Below, in pieces: positions 1 through 9,441 of a DNA stretch of 64,000 nt. The notes under the pieces are model-generated. The model worked only from the letters and a program-made list of their open reading frames with translations. It was not told where the DNA came from and made no database searches. Numbering within the stretch: the stretch's first letter is position 1; each line of letters begins with the position of its first letter. The position numbers were made by a program, and so were the translations under genes. Origin of the DNA: an uncultured Methylocystaceae bacterium (GTDB lineage Bacteria > Pseudomonadota > Alphaproteobacteria > Rhizobiales > Beijerinckiaceae); assembly GCA_937870755.1 (NCBI GenBank), contig CALMZV010000176.1, positions 818 through 64,817 of the forward strand. Reading direction: 5' to 3'.

Positions 1-1385
1 AGAATCGACATGGTGAGCGCGAACAGCGCCAGCGACCGTTCCGCGTCGAACCGCGGCCAGGTCGGAAACAGCGTGAATTCGTTGGTGAAATACTCGGGGC
101 GGATATAGGCCGCCTGCAGCACGATCAGAATGCCGACCAGCAGTTGCAGCAGCCAGAGCGGGGAGGCGAGGTAGCCGAAAATGCCCGTCAGCAGATGTTG
201 GCGCGAGGCCCAGTGCAGCCCCTTGGTCGGCAGCACGCGAATGTGTTGCAGGTTGCCCTGGCACCAGCGCCGGTCGCGCGCCGAAACGTCGAGCAGCGAG
301 GGCGGGCTTTCCTCGTAGGACCCTTTGAGCGCCGGCAGCATGTAGACGCTGTAGCCCGCGCGCCGAATGAGCGCGGCCTCCACGAAATCGTGGCTGAGAA
401 TGTGCCCGCCGAACGGCGGCTTGCCGCGCAGGTCCGGCAACCCGCAATGGGCGGCGAAGGCGGCGGTGCGGATGATGGCGTTATGACCCCAGTAGTTGCC
501 GTCGCGCCCCATCCACGCCGACAGCCCGGCCGCGATCACCGGGCCGTAGATGCGCGCGGCGAACTGCTGCACGCGCGCGAACAGCGTATTGCGGTTGATG
601 ATCAGCGGCAGCGTCTGGATGATGCCTGAATCGGGATCCTTCTCCATCGCGGCGGCGAGCGTCACGATCGCGTGGCCCGTCATCAGCGAGTCGGCGTCCA
701 GCACCACCATGTGTTCGTAGGCGCCGCCCCAGCGCGTCACGAAATCGGCGATGTTGCCCGCCTTGCGGCCCGTGTTCTTCTGGCGGTGACGATAATACAC
801 GCGCGCCTGCGGCCCCAGCCGGTTGCGCAGCGCGATCAGCGCGCGTTCCTCCGCGATCCACACATCGGGATCGGTCGTGTCCGACAGGAAGAACCAGTCG
901 AAATGCGCGCCGAGCCCCGTCGCCTCCACGTCCTCCCACATCGCCTGCAAGGCGCCGAACACGCGGCTGGGCGCCTCGTTGTAGATGGGCATGACGACGG
1001 CCGTGCGCGCGGTGAGCGCGTCGGGCGGCGGCGGCTTGCGGCGGTTGGCGAAGAGCGACCACGCGAAGCCGACCACGCCGCTCGTGAAGGCGAGCGCGAT
1101 CCACGAGAAATTCGCGACGAACAGAAAGAGCAGCGCCAGTTTGAGGAAGGTCACGCCGCCGACGTCGATGACCTTGTACATCTCGCGCGCGCCATAGGCG
1201 GTCAGCGCGAGCGCGCCGCCGAACACGATGAGCCGCGCGAGCCACGGACGGCGCGCGCTCGAGGCCAGCACGTTGCGCCGGCGTTGTTTGCTGTCGAACC
1301 GCGTCAGGCTCTGCGTCGGCATCGACAGGTGCGCTTCGGCCGGCATGATCGGCAGGGCGCGCGCGGGCGGGCTGAGATCGTTCAC
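1..1385 (-). CDS. opgH: glucans biosynthesis glucosyltransferase H (OpgH/MdoH), C-terminus cut by window edge
   Basis: Absent from the ORF track because it runs off the edge. Hand translation of the minus strand gives ...RRPWLARLIVFGGALALTAYGAREMYKV..., AVVMPIYNE, VVLDADSLM and ARDRRWCQGNLQH, typical of GT2 OpgH. It lies directly downstream of the opgG/D homolog. Start is either GTG 1385 (GTGA overlap with the upstream stop) or ATG 1346. Confidence 0.85.
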   Translation of the reverse strand, partial: MNDLSPPARALPIMPAEAHLSMPTQSLTRFDSKQRRRNVLASSARRPWLARLIVFGGALALTAYGAREMYKVIDVGGVTFLKLALLFLFVANFSWIALAFTSGVVGFAWSLFANRRKPPPPDALTARTAVVMPIYNEAPSRVFGALQAMWEDVEATGLGAHFDWFFLSDTTDPDVWIAEERALIALRNRLGPQARVYYRHRQKNTGRKAGNIADFVTRWGGAYEHMVVLDADSLMTGHAIVTLAAAMEKDPDSGIIQTLPLIINRNTLFARVQQFAARIYGPVIAAGLSAWMGRDGNYWGHNAIIRTAAFAAHCGLPDLRGKPPFGGHILSHDFVEAALIRRAGYSVYMLPALKGSYEESPPSLLDVSARDRRWCQGNLQHIRVLPTKGLHWASRQHLLTGIFGYLASPLWLLQLLVGILIVLQAAYIRPEYFTNEFTLFPTWPRFDAERSLALFALTMSI

Positions 1386-2899
1386 GGCGTCCATCGATAC
1401 AGCCAGGTCTCGCTGACGGGCGCGCCCGCGGCTTCGACGACGAGGCGGATTTCGGAAAAGGCTTCGCTGCCGGGCTCGATGTCGAAGGCCACGCGATAGA
1501 TGCGCGCGTCGCGATAGAGCCAGGCGCGCGTGGCGACCAGCGCGCCCGGCGCGACCGTCAGCTTCGGCTTCAGATCGGGCGTCATCGAGGGATTGGCGAG
1601 GCCCTCGCCGGCGAAGGTGACGATGAAGCGGCGGCGCCTGGCGCCGACGCGCCCGGCGCGCTCCTGCCGCGCGGTCAGAAGCGGGGGCCGCGAGGGCGGC
1701 TCCCAGCACCAGAATTGCCGATAGGCGAAGGTGGCTTCCTTGCCGGCGGTCAGGCCGCTGGTCGGCCGCCAGTAGGCGATGCAGTTGCTGTTGCCCTCGG
1801 ATTCCGCGGGTATTTCGACCAGCGACACCGCGCCGGGGCCGAATTCGCTCAGCGGTTCGATCCACAGCGACGGGCGGTCCTGCCAGCGCAGGTCGTCGTC
1901 CTGATAATCCTCGAAGCGCCGGTTGCGGAGCAGGAAGCCGAACCCTTTCGGATTGTCGTCCACGAACGAGGACAATTGCAGCGTTCCGCGATTGGCCACC
2001 GGCCGCCAGATCCATTCGCCGGCGCCGGAATGCATCTGCAGCCCGTTGGTTTCGGCGATCGTCGGGCGCACGTCGTCGGGGCGGCGGCGGTCGAGCTGCG
2101 TCGACAGGCAGACGGCGCTCATGGTGGCGACGCCCACATGATCGACGTTGACGCGCGGCACGAGCGTCATCTCGGTGTCGATGATCGTCGCCTCGCCCGG
2201 TCGGAGCGTAAAGCGATAGGCGCCGACCACGCTCTCGGAATCGACGAGCGCGTGGATCACCAGCGCATTGGCGCCCGCCTGCGGCCGCTCGATCCAGACC
2301 GCCTTCAGGATCGGGAACTCCTCGCCGCGCGGATCGGCGGTCTTCACGCTCAGCGCGCGCGCCATCAGGCCCAGCGGCTGGCCCGGCGCGCGAGCGCGAA
2401 AGAAACTCGCGCCCTGGAAGATCGCGACTTCCTCCAGCCGGCCGTTGCGCGCCACCAGAACCCGGAAACCCGAAAAGCCGATGTTGGGAATGTTGGGCGG
2501 CGGCTTCAGCGCGCCGAACTCGAAATCGTCCTGACGGTAGACGAGCTGGCGCGCCAGCCCGTTCTCCACCACGTGGATCAGCATCGGCGTCGTGAAAATG
2601 AAGCCGCGGTGCAGCGGCTCGATCACGAAGCCGAGATTGTCGTCTGCCCAGACCGCCGCGCGCGGCTTCAGCGCGATGCCGACATATTGTTCATAGGTGA
2701 GGGCCGAGAACGGCTCGCCCAGATCGGCGGCCGGGGCGCGATAGGGCGCCTTGGCGATCACGCGCGCCAGATCGAGAGGCGCGGCGCTATGGAACGGGGC
2801 GACCGTCGCCGCGCCGCTGCCCTGCGCATGGGCCGCCCCCATCGCGAACGCGGAGGCGCCGCCTGCGGCCAGTTTCAACACATCTCGACGCGCGATCAT
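1382..2899 (-). CDS. opgG: periplasmic glucan biosynthesis protein, OpgG/OpgD (MdoG/MdoD) family, Tat signal
   Basis: ORF 1382..2983. The internal Met at 2899 gives MIARRDVLKLAAGGASAFAMGAAHAQ, a twin-arginine signal as in OpgD. Family-typical segment IFQGASFFRA...GEEFPILKAVWIERP. Operonic with opgH. Confidence 0.85.
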   Translation of the reverse strand: MIARRDVLKLAAGGASAFAMGAAHAQGSGAATVAPFHSAAPLDLARVIAKAPYRAPAADLGEPFSALTYEQYVGIALKPRAAVWADDNLGFVIEPLHRGFIFTTPMLIHVVENGLARQLVYRQDDFEFGALKPPPNIPNIGFSGFRVLVARNGRLEEVAIFQGASFFRARAPGQPLGLMARALSVKTADPRGEEFPILKAVWIERPQAGANALVIHALVDSESVVGAYRFTLRPGEATIIDTEMTLVPRVNVDHVGVATMSAVCLSTQLDRRRPDDVRPTIAETNGLQMHSGAGEWIWRPVANRGTLQLSSFVDDNPKGFGFLLRNRRFEDYQDDDLRWQDRPSLWIEPLSEFGPGAVSLVEIPAESEGNSNCIAYWRPTSGLTAGKEATFAYRQFWCWEPPSRPPLLTARQERAGRVGARRRRFIVTFAGEGLANPSMTPDLKPKLTVAPGALVATRAWLYRDARIYRVAFDIEPGSEAFSEIRLVVEAAGAPVSETWLYRWTP

Positions 2900-3147
2900 C
2901 AAATGCGACGCTTTCTTCGATCCGACAGGCTGCCGCCCGGCCGTTTCGCTTCGTCGCCCGGCGCGCATGGCCGAGCGCGCCACACGCGCCTGAGCGGCGG
3001 AGGTGCGGCTGCGCTTTCCTTCCGGCGCGGGCGCTTCGTCTTTATACTTTTCATGTTATTTGGCAACGCGCGAAACATCATCCCCGCGTGCGACATGATT
3101 TTGCGGTCTGGCGCGCGTGCGGGGAATGCAAAGCTAGAGGAGCCCGC

Positions 3148-4524
3148 ATGTCCGTCCAAACCCAGCCGCGCACCTGTCTGGCGGTCGTCCTGGCGGCGGG
3201 CGAGGGCACGCGCATGCGGTCCGAGCGGCCCAAGGTGCTGCACGAAATCGCCGGCCGCGCCATGCTGGCGCATGTGATGGACGCGCTGGCGGGCGCCGGC
3301 GCGGATGCGGCGGCCGCCGTCGTCGGCCCGCAGCGCGAGGATGTCGCTGAAACCGCCCGCGCCGCCTGGCCGACGGCGGAGATCTATGTGCAGGCCGAGC
3401 GGCGCGGCACCGCGCACGCGACGCTGGCGGCCCGCGCCGCGCTCGCGCGCGGGTTCGACGATGTGCTGATCGCCTTCGCCGACACCCCGCTGGTCGCGCC
3501 CGCCACATTCGCCGCCCTGCGCGCGGCGTTGGCGGAGGGAGCGGCGATCGCCGTGCTGGGATTCGAGGCGCGCGATCCGACCGGCTACGGCCGCCTGCTG
3601 ATCGGCGCCGACGGCGGGCTCGCCGGGGTGCGCGAGCACAAGGACGCCACCGCCGCCGAGCGCGAGATTCGGCTCTGCAACGCCGGCATCATGGCGCTCG
3701 CCGGCGACAGCGCGCTGGCGTTGCTGGAAAGCGTGAAACCCGCCAACGCCCAGAACGAATTCTACCTGACAGACGTGGTGGAGCTGGCCCGCGCCCACGG
3801 CCTGAAGGCCGTCTACCGCACCGCGCCCGAGAGCGAGGTGATGGGCGTCAACGATCGCGTGCAACTGGCCGCCGCCGAGCGGATCGCGCAGGCGCGGCTG
3901 CGCGAGGCGGCCATGCGCGCCGGCGCGACGCTGGTGGCGCCCGAAACCGTGTTCCTGAGCCACGACACCCGGCTCGGACGCGACGTGACGGTCGAGCCGC
4001 ATGTGGTGTTCGGGCCGCGCGTGACGGTCGGCGACGGGGTGACGATCCGTGCCTTTTCCCATCTGGAGGGGGCGGAAGTGGCGGCCGGCGTCTCCATTGG
4101 CCCCTTCGCGCGGTTGCGGCCGGGCGCGCGGCTGGAGGAAGGCGCGCGCATCGGCAATTTCGTGGAGATCAAGGCGTCGGCCATAGGGCGCGGCGCCAAG
4201 GTGAACCACCTGTCCTATATCGGCGACGCCTCCGTCGGCGCGGGCTCGAACATCGGTGCGGGCGTCGTCACCTGCAATTACGACGGGTTCGACAAATTCC
4301 GCACCGAGATCGGCGCCGGCGCCTTCGTCGGCACCAATTCCTCGCTCGTCGCCCCGGTGCGCATCGGCGAGGGCGCGTATGTCGGCACGGGCGCCGTCGT
4401 CACGCAGGACGTGAGCGCCGACGCGCTGGCCCTCGCGCGCGCCCGCCAGATCGAAAAACCCGGCTGGGCCAAGGAGTTCCGCGCGCGCAAGGCGGCGGCC
4501 AAAGCCGCCCGGACGAAAGGCTAG
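3148..4524 (+). CDS. glmU: bifunctional UDP-N-acetylglucosamine pyrophosphorylase / glucosamine-1-phosphate N-acetyltransferase
   Basis: ORF 3088..4524. ATG at 3148 follows an AGAGGA RBS. LAAGEGTRMRS nucleotide-binding motif at the N-terminus and hexapeptide-repeat (left-handed beta-helix) C-terminal half. Adjacent to glmS. Confidence 0.93.
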   Translation: MSVQTQPRTCLAVVLAAGEGTRMRSERPKVLHEIAGRAMLAHVMDALAGAGADAAAAVVGPQREDVAETARAAWPTAEIYVQAERRGTAHATLAARAALARGFDDVLIAFADTPLVAPATFAALRAALAEGAAIAVLGFEARDPTGYGRLLIGADGGLAGVREHKDATAAEREIRLCNAGIMALAGDSALALLESVKPANAQNEFYLTDVVELARAHGLKAVYRTAPESEVMGVNDRVQLAAAERIAQARLREAAMRAGATLVAPETVFLSHDTRLGRDVTVEPHVVFGPRVTVGDGVTIRAFSHLEGAEVAAGVSIGPFARLRPGARLEEGARIGNFVEIKASAIGRGAKVNHLSYIGDASVGAGSNIGAGVVTCNYDGFDKFRTEIGAGAFVGTNSSLVAPVRIGEGAYVGTGAVVTQDVSADALALARARQIEKPGWAKEFRARKAAAKAARTKG

Positions 4525-4769
4525 GGCGTGCAGGGCACCGGCGGGTGCTTCTTGCCGTCCGGCTCCTGCGTCGCCGGCCAGCGCCCCGTGTTGCGCGCCT
4601 GCGACAGCATGTCCTCGCAAATGCCCGCATGTCCGTCGCCGGCCCGCTTCATGCACAGGGCCATGATCGAATCGCAGGAGACCTTCTTGCGCGCCTCCTG
4701 CGCGCCCGCCGGCGAGGCGAAACCGGAGAAAAACAGCGCGCCCGCGAGGGCGGCGGCGACAAGCTTCAT
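4521..4769 (-). CDS. small secreted hypothetical protein (signal peptide, 4 Cys)
   Basis: ORF 4521..4937. The internal start MKLVAAALAGALFFSGFASPAGAQE... gives a Sec-type signal peptide followed by about 60 aa containing 4 cysteines. I recognise no family. Confidence 0.45.
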   Translation of the reverse strand: MKLVAAALAGALFFSGFASPAGAQEARKKVSCDSIMALCMKRAGDGHAGICEDMLSQARNTGRWPATQEPDGKKHPPVPCTP

Positions 4770-4926
4770 GTGGAACCCCGATTGCATGCGAAAGCCGCGC
4801 AGGCGGCGTTGCAACCCGGATTGAACGGGCACTGTGGCGCCACAATGACTTTTTGCCCGGCCAGAGCAATCCGCCGCAGGGTGTGGTATCTGCGGCGTTC
4901 GGAACGGGACGGACGCAGGAACGACT

Positions 4927-6765
4927 ATGTGCGGCATCGTGGGGATTCTGGGCGCGCGGCCGGTGGCCGGCGAACTGGTCGAGGCGCTGAAACGGCTTGA
5001 ATACCGCGGCTATGATTCGGCCGGCGTCGCGACGCTGGAATCCGGCCGCCTCATCCGCCGCCGCGCCCAGGGCAAGCTGCGCAATCTCGAAATCCTGCTG
5101 TCGGAGGCGCCGCTCAAGGGGCTGATCGGCATCGGCCATACCCGGTGGGCGACCCACGGCCGCCCCAACGAGACCAACGCCCATCCGCATGCCAACGGAA
5201 GCGTGGCGGTCGTCCACAACGGCATCATCGAGAATTTCCGCGAGTTGCGGGAGGGGCTGCGCGCCAGAGGCCACAATTTCCAGACCGAAACGGATTCGGA
5301 GGTTGTCGCCCATCTGGTGGCCGACGAGATGCAGACGGGCAAGGGGCCGGTGGCGGCGGTCGCGGCCGCGCTGCCGCAACTGCGCGGGGCCTTCGCGCTC
5401 GCCTTCCTGTTCGACGGCCAGGACGACCTGCTGATCGGCGCGCGGCGCGGCTCGCCGCTGGCGGTCGGCTGGGGCGAGGGCGAGCAGCAGGGCGAGATGT
5501 ATCTGGGGTCGGACGCGCTCGCGCTTGCGCCCTTCACCAGTGAGATCGCCTATCTGGAGGAGGGCGACTGGGTCGTTCTCACGCGCGGCGGCGCGGAGTT
5601 TCACGACGCCTCCGGCGCGATCGTGCAACGGGCGCGGGTGCGCTCGCAGGCCTCCGCCTTTCTCGTCGACAAGGGCGAGCACCGCCATTTCATGGCGAAG
5701 GAGATTCACGAACAGCCGGAAGTCGTCGGCCGCACGCTCGCCCATTATCTCGACATGTCCGCCGGCAAGGTGCGACTGCCGTTCGATCTGCCGTTCGACG
5801 CGAATGCGCTCTCGCGCATCACGCTGACGGCCTGCGGCACCGCCTATTACGCCGGCCTCGTCGCGCGCTACTGGTTCGAGCGTTTCGCGCGCATTTCGGT
5901 CGACATCGACGTCGCCTCCGAGTTTCGCTACCGCGAGGCGCCGCTGCCCGAACGCGGCCTCGCCATCGTCGTTTCGCAATCGGGCGAGACGGCCGACACG
6001 CTCGCCTCGCTGCGCTACGCCAAAGACAACGGCCAGCACTGCCTCGCCGTGGTGAACGTGCCGACATCGACCATCGCGCGCGAGTCGAGCGTCGTTGCGC
6101 CGACGCTCGCGGGACCCGAGATCGGGGTGGCCTCCACCAAGGCGTTCACCTGCCAGCTGGCGGTTCTGGCGTGTCTGGCGATCGCGTTCGGCCGGGCGCG
6201 CGGCGTGCTCGACGAAAAGGAGGAGGCGCGGCTGGTCGGCGATCTGATCGCGCTGCCGGGCCTGATGGCGAAAGCGCTGCTGGAGGAGCCGGCGATCGAA
6301 CAGGTCGCGCACGGTCTGGCGCACGCCAGGAGCGCGCTTTATCTGGGGCGCGGCGTGAGCTTTCCGCTCGCGCTCGAAGGCGCGCTGAAACTGAAGGAGA
6401 TCTCCTACATCCATGCGGAAGGCTATGCGGCCGGCGAACTGAAGCACGGCCCCATCGCGCTCATCGACGAGGACATGCCCGTCATCGTCATCGCGCCGAA
6501 GGATGCGACGATCGAGAAGACGGTCTCCAACATGCAGGAGGTGGCCGCGCGCGGCGGGCGCATCGTGCTGGTGGGCGACGCCGCGGCGCGCGAGGAGGCG
6601 GCCGTCGCGCTCGCCGGGGCGATCGACATGGCCCCGATGGCGCCGGATTTCACGCCCATCGTCTATGCCGTTCCCGCGCAGCTCATCGCCTATCATGCGG
6701 CCGTTTTCATGGGCAAGGATGTCGACCAGCCGCGCAACCTCGCCAAAAGCGTGACGGTCGAATGA
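4927..6765 (+). CDS. glmS: glutamine--fructose-6-phosphate aminotransferase (isomerizing)
   Basis: 612-aa ORF with N-terminal MCGIVG (Ntn amidotransferase Cys2), two SIS-domain regions and the canonical C-terminus ...AKSVTVE. Confidence 0.97.
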   Translation: MCGIVGILGARPVAGELVEALKRLEYRGYDSAGVATLESGRLIRRRAQGKLRNLEILLSEAPLKGLIGIGHTRWATHGRPNETNAHPHANGSVAVVHNGIIENFRELREGLRARGHNFQTETDSEVVAHLVADEMQTGKGPVAAVAAALPQLRGAFALAFLFDGQDDLLIGARRGSPLAVGWGEGEQQGEMYLGSDALALAPFTSEIAYLEEGDWVVLTRGGAEFHDASGAIVQRARVRSQASAFLVDKGEHRHFMAKEIHEQPEVVGRTLAHYLDMSAGKVRLPFDLPFDANALSRITLTACGTAYYAGLVARYWFERFARISVDIDVASEFRYREAPLPERGLAIVVSQSGETADTLASLRYAKDNGQHCLAVVNVPTSTIARESSVVAPTLAGPEIGVASTKAFTCQLAVLACLAIAFGRARGVLDEKEEARLVGDLIALPGLMAKALLEEPAIEQVAHGLAHARSALYLGRGVSFPLALEGALKLKEISYIHAEGYAAGELKHGPIALIDEDMPVIVIAPKDATIEKTVSNMQEVAARGGRIVLVGDAAAREEAAVALAGAIDMAPMAPDFTPIVYAVPAQLIAYHAAVFMGKDVDQPRNLAKSVTVE

Positions 6766-6807
6766 CCGGCGCGCGACCTTCCATCGAGAGCGTGACGGTC
6801 GAATGAC
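6748..6807 (+). repeat. exact 19-nt direct repeat AGCGTGACGGTCGAATGAC (6748-6766 and 6789-6807)
   Basis: Read directly from the sequence. Copy 1 is the last codons plus stop of glmS. Copy 2 contains the ATG of the following DUF502 gene. Confidence 0.95.
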
Positions 6808-7498
6808 GAACGAAACGCATCACCGCCCGCGTGGCCTCGGCGCGCGCATCCGCGCCTATTTCCTCACGGGCCTCGTCATCGCCGGGCCGCTCGCCGTCAC
6901 CGCCTCGCTCGTCTGGTGGTTCGTCGACACGGTCGATCACTGGATCAAGCCGCTCATTCCGGCAGCCTACTGGCCGGACGTCTACCTGCCCAAGAACATT
7001 CCCGGCGTCGGCGTGGTGCTGGCCTTCGTCGGTCTCACGCTGCTCGGCTTTCTCGCGGCCAATCTGCTCGGACGCACGCTCATCCGCATCTCGGAGAACA
7101 TCCTCGATCGCATGCCGGTCGTGCGCGGCATCTACAAGAGCGTGAAGCAGTTGTTCGAAACCGTGTTCTCGCAGCAGGGCACGTCGTTCCGCCGCGTGGG
7201 GCTGGTGGAATATCCCTCGAAGGGCTGCTGGACGATCGTGTTCATCTCCACGCCGCCCGGTCCGGGCGTGCGCGCGAAACTGCCGGGCGAAAAAGACTAC
7301 ATCTCCGTCTTCCTGCCGTGCACGCCCAATCCGACGACAGGCTTCTATTTCTATCTGCCGGCCGAGGATGTCGTCGAACTGGACATGACGCCGGACAACG
7401 CGGCGAAGATCATCATGTCGGCGGGTCTGATCCAGCCCGAGGAGATCGACACGCTGCCGGTGAAGGCGAAGAAGCAGGTCCAGGGCGCGGGATCCTGA
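6803..7498 (+). CDS. DUF502 domain-containing membrane protein
   Basis: 231-aa ORF with two N-terminal TM helices and conserved-looking GIYKSVKQLFETVFS and PNPTTGFYFYLP segments, as I recall for DUF502. Confidence 0.75.
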   Translation: MTNETHHRPRGLGARIRAYFLTGLVIAGPLAVTASLVWWFVDTVDHWIKPLIPAAYWPDVYLPKNIPGVGVVLAFVGLTLLGFLAANLLGRTLIRISENILDRMPVVRGIYKSVKQLFETVFSQQGTSFRRVGLVEYPSKGCWTIVFISTPPGPGVRAKLPGEKDYISVFLPCTPNPTTGFYFYLPAEDVVELDMTPDNAAKIIMSAGLIQPEEIDTLPVKAKKQVQGAGS

Positions 7499-7557
7499 GG
7501 GAACCCGGCGCACGCGCGGCGCGTTGCCTCCGCACTGCTGCGGTGCGAGGCAATAGC

Positions 7558-7953
7558 GTGTCCGAGCAAGGCCTGTCCCGCCGTTTCGCCCACATCGCGG
7601 ACAAGATCGCGATCGCGAGCGGCCACCCGTTGACCTTCGTGACCGCCATCGCCAGTGTTGCGATATGGGGCCTGTGCGGCCCGCTGTTCGGCTATTCGGA
7701 GAACTGGCAGCTCGTCATCAACACCGCGACGACGATCGTCACGTTCCTCATGGTCTTCCTCATTCAGAACGCTCAGAACCGCGATTCAGGCGCAGTGCAA
7801 GCCAAGCTGGACGAGTTGATCCGAACGAGCGCGGCGCAGAACGCTTTCATCGGCATCGAACATCTCAGCGAGGAAGAAGTGGACGCATTTCGCCGAAAAT
7901 GCGCGCAAGCGGCGCAGAAGGCGAACCGGGCGAAGGCGGACAAGCGAGTCTGA
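7558..7953 (+). CDS. low-affinity iron permease (Fet4-like) family protein
   Basis: C-terminal part of track ORF 6916..7953, in-frame GTG at 7558. Sequence ...FAHIADKIAIASGHPLTFV...NWQLVINTATTIVTFLMVFLIQNAQNRD...QAKLDELI matches this small-protein family. Confidence 0.7.
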   Translation: MSEQGLSRRFAHIADKIAIASGHPLTFVTAIASVAIWGLCGPLFGYSENWQLVINTATTIVTFLMVFLIQNAQNRDSGAVQAKLDELIRTSAAQNAFIGIEHLSEEEVDAFRRKCAQAAQKANRAKADKRV

Positions 7954-7959
7954 GCCGCA

Positions 7960-9441
7960 TCAGGACGCCAGCAGCGCGGCCCACACGCGCGGCAGCGCTT
8001 CGGAAATGTCTTCCGCGATCAGCCCCGGCCCGAACAGACGCGCCGCCTCGCCGTGCATCCACACAGCCGCGCCGGCGGCGTAGAACGCTTCCATATGCTG
8101 CGCGCAGAATCCCGCGATCATGCCCGCGAGCGTGTCGCCCGAGCCGGCGGTCGCAAGCCACGGCGGCGCGTTGTCGGCGATCGACGCGCGACCGTCCGGC
8201 GTGGCGACCACCGTATCCGGCCCCTTGAAGACGACGACCGCGCCCGCCAGCGCCGCCGCCGCGCGCGCGCGCGCGAGCTTGTCCGCGCCGCGCCCGAACA
8301 GCCGCGCGAATTCGCCCTCGTGCGGCGTCAGCACGACGGGGCCGTCGAAGGCGGCGATGGCGTCGAACAGCCGTTGCGGCGCGCCCGCGAAAGAGGTGAG
8401 CGCATCGGCGTCGAGCACGACCGCGCGGCCGGGGCAGGGCGCGAGCGCGGTTTCGACCAGTGCGCACGTCGCCTCGCTTACGCCGAGGCCCGGTCCCATC
8501 ACGACCGCGCTCTTGCGCGCGTCCGACAACAGCGCGGCCAGCCCGCGCGGTCCGTCGCTCTCGCGCACCATGATCGCGGTCAGCGCGGCGGCGTTTACGG
8601 CGAGCGCGGCGCGCGGGCTGGCGACGGTGACGAGCCCGGCGCCCGCACGCAATGCGCCGCGCGCCGCAAGCCGCGCCGCGCCTGTGAACGACAGGCCGCC
8701 CGAAACGGCCACTGCATGGCCGCGTGTGTATTTGTGCGCCTGCGGCTGCGGCGGCCGCAGCGCCGCGCGCCACAGCGCGGGTCGGTTGGCGAAGGCGCGC
8801 GGCTGGATCTCGTCCAGCACGGACGACGGGATGCCGATATCCGCGCAATCGATCTCGCCGCTCAGAAAGCGACCCGGCGCGAGCAGGTGGCCGGGCTTCA
8901 GCCGAAAGAACGTGACGGTGGCGTCGGCTTCGATCGCCGCCCCGCGCACCGCGCCGTCCGCGCCGTCGACGCCCGAAGGCACATCGACGGCGACGACCTT
9001 GCCGCCCGCCCGCCGCCACGCGTTCGTGCGCGCCACGCATTCGCGCGCGGCGCCGTCGAGATCGCGCGCAAGGCCGGCGCCGAACAAGGCGTCGATCACC
9101 AGCGCGACGCCCGCCAAATCGAGCGTCGCGACATCGCCGACCGGCCCGCGCCAGCCCTCGAACGCCCATCGCGCGTCGCCTTTGAGCGTCGAGGGATCGC
9201 CGAGCGCGAAGACGCGCACATTCGCGCCGCTCGCGCGCAATATCCGCGCCGCCACATAGCCGTCGCCGCCATTATTGCCCGGTCCGCACAGAACGGCGAC
9301 GTCGCCGCCGTTCGTCATGCTGGCCGCGCGCGCCGCGACCGCCGCGCCGGCGGCCTGCATGAGCGTGGCGCCGGGTACGCCGCCTTCGATCGTCAGCTGG
9401 TCGGCGCGCGCCATTTCCCGCGGCGTGAGCAGTTCGATCAT
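7960..9441 (-). CDS. nnr: bifunctional NAD(P)H-hydrate repair enzyme (epimerase + ADP-dependent dehydratase)
   Basis: ORF 7960..9798. The homology-consistent start is MIELLTPREMARAD at 9441. GPGNNGGDG (YjeF_N) and GSGDTLAGMIAG (YjeF_C kinase-fold) motifs. The start overlaps the upstream stop (ATGA). Confidence 0.88.
   Translation of the reverse strand: MIELLTPREMARADQLTIEGGVPGATLMQAAGAAVAARAASMTNGGDVAVLCGPGNNGGDGYVAARILRASGANVRVFALGDPSTLKGDARWAFEGWRGPVGDVATLDLAGVALVIDALFGAGLARDLDGAARECVARTNAWRRAGGKVVAVDVPSGVDGADGAVRGAAIEADATVTFFRLKPGHLLAPGRFLSGEIDCADIGIPSSVLDEIQPRAFANRPALWRAALRPPQPQAHKYTRGHAVAVSGGLSFTGAARLAARGALRAGAGLVTVASPRAALAVNAAALTAIMVRESDGPRGLAALLSDARKSAVVMGPGLGVSEATCALVETALAPCPGRAVVLDADALTSFAGAPQRLFDAIAAFDGPVVLTPHEGEFARLFGRGADKLARARAAAALAGAVVVFKGPDTVVATPDGRASIADNAPPWLATAGSGDTLAGMIAGFCAQHMEAFYAAGAAVWMHGEAARLFGPGLIAEDISEALPRVWAALLAS

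Noticed and set aside
2899-6696. 1265-aa minus-strand ORF spanning glmU and glmS
   Set aside because: It lies antisense to two unmistakable housekeeping genes. Its composition is extremely Arg/Ala/Gly/Asp-rich with no recognisable domains. This is the typical stop-codon-poor antisense frame of GC-rich DNA.
6748-6807. Idea that the glmS-proximal duplication marks a Tn7-family insertion at attTn7
   Set aside because: There are no Tn7 end repeats, tns genes or cargo. The duplication is 19 nt rather than the 5-bp Tn7 target-site duplication, and only 22 nt separate the copies. I kept it only as a remote alternative in the finding.
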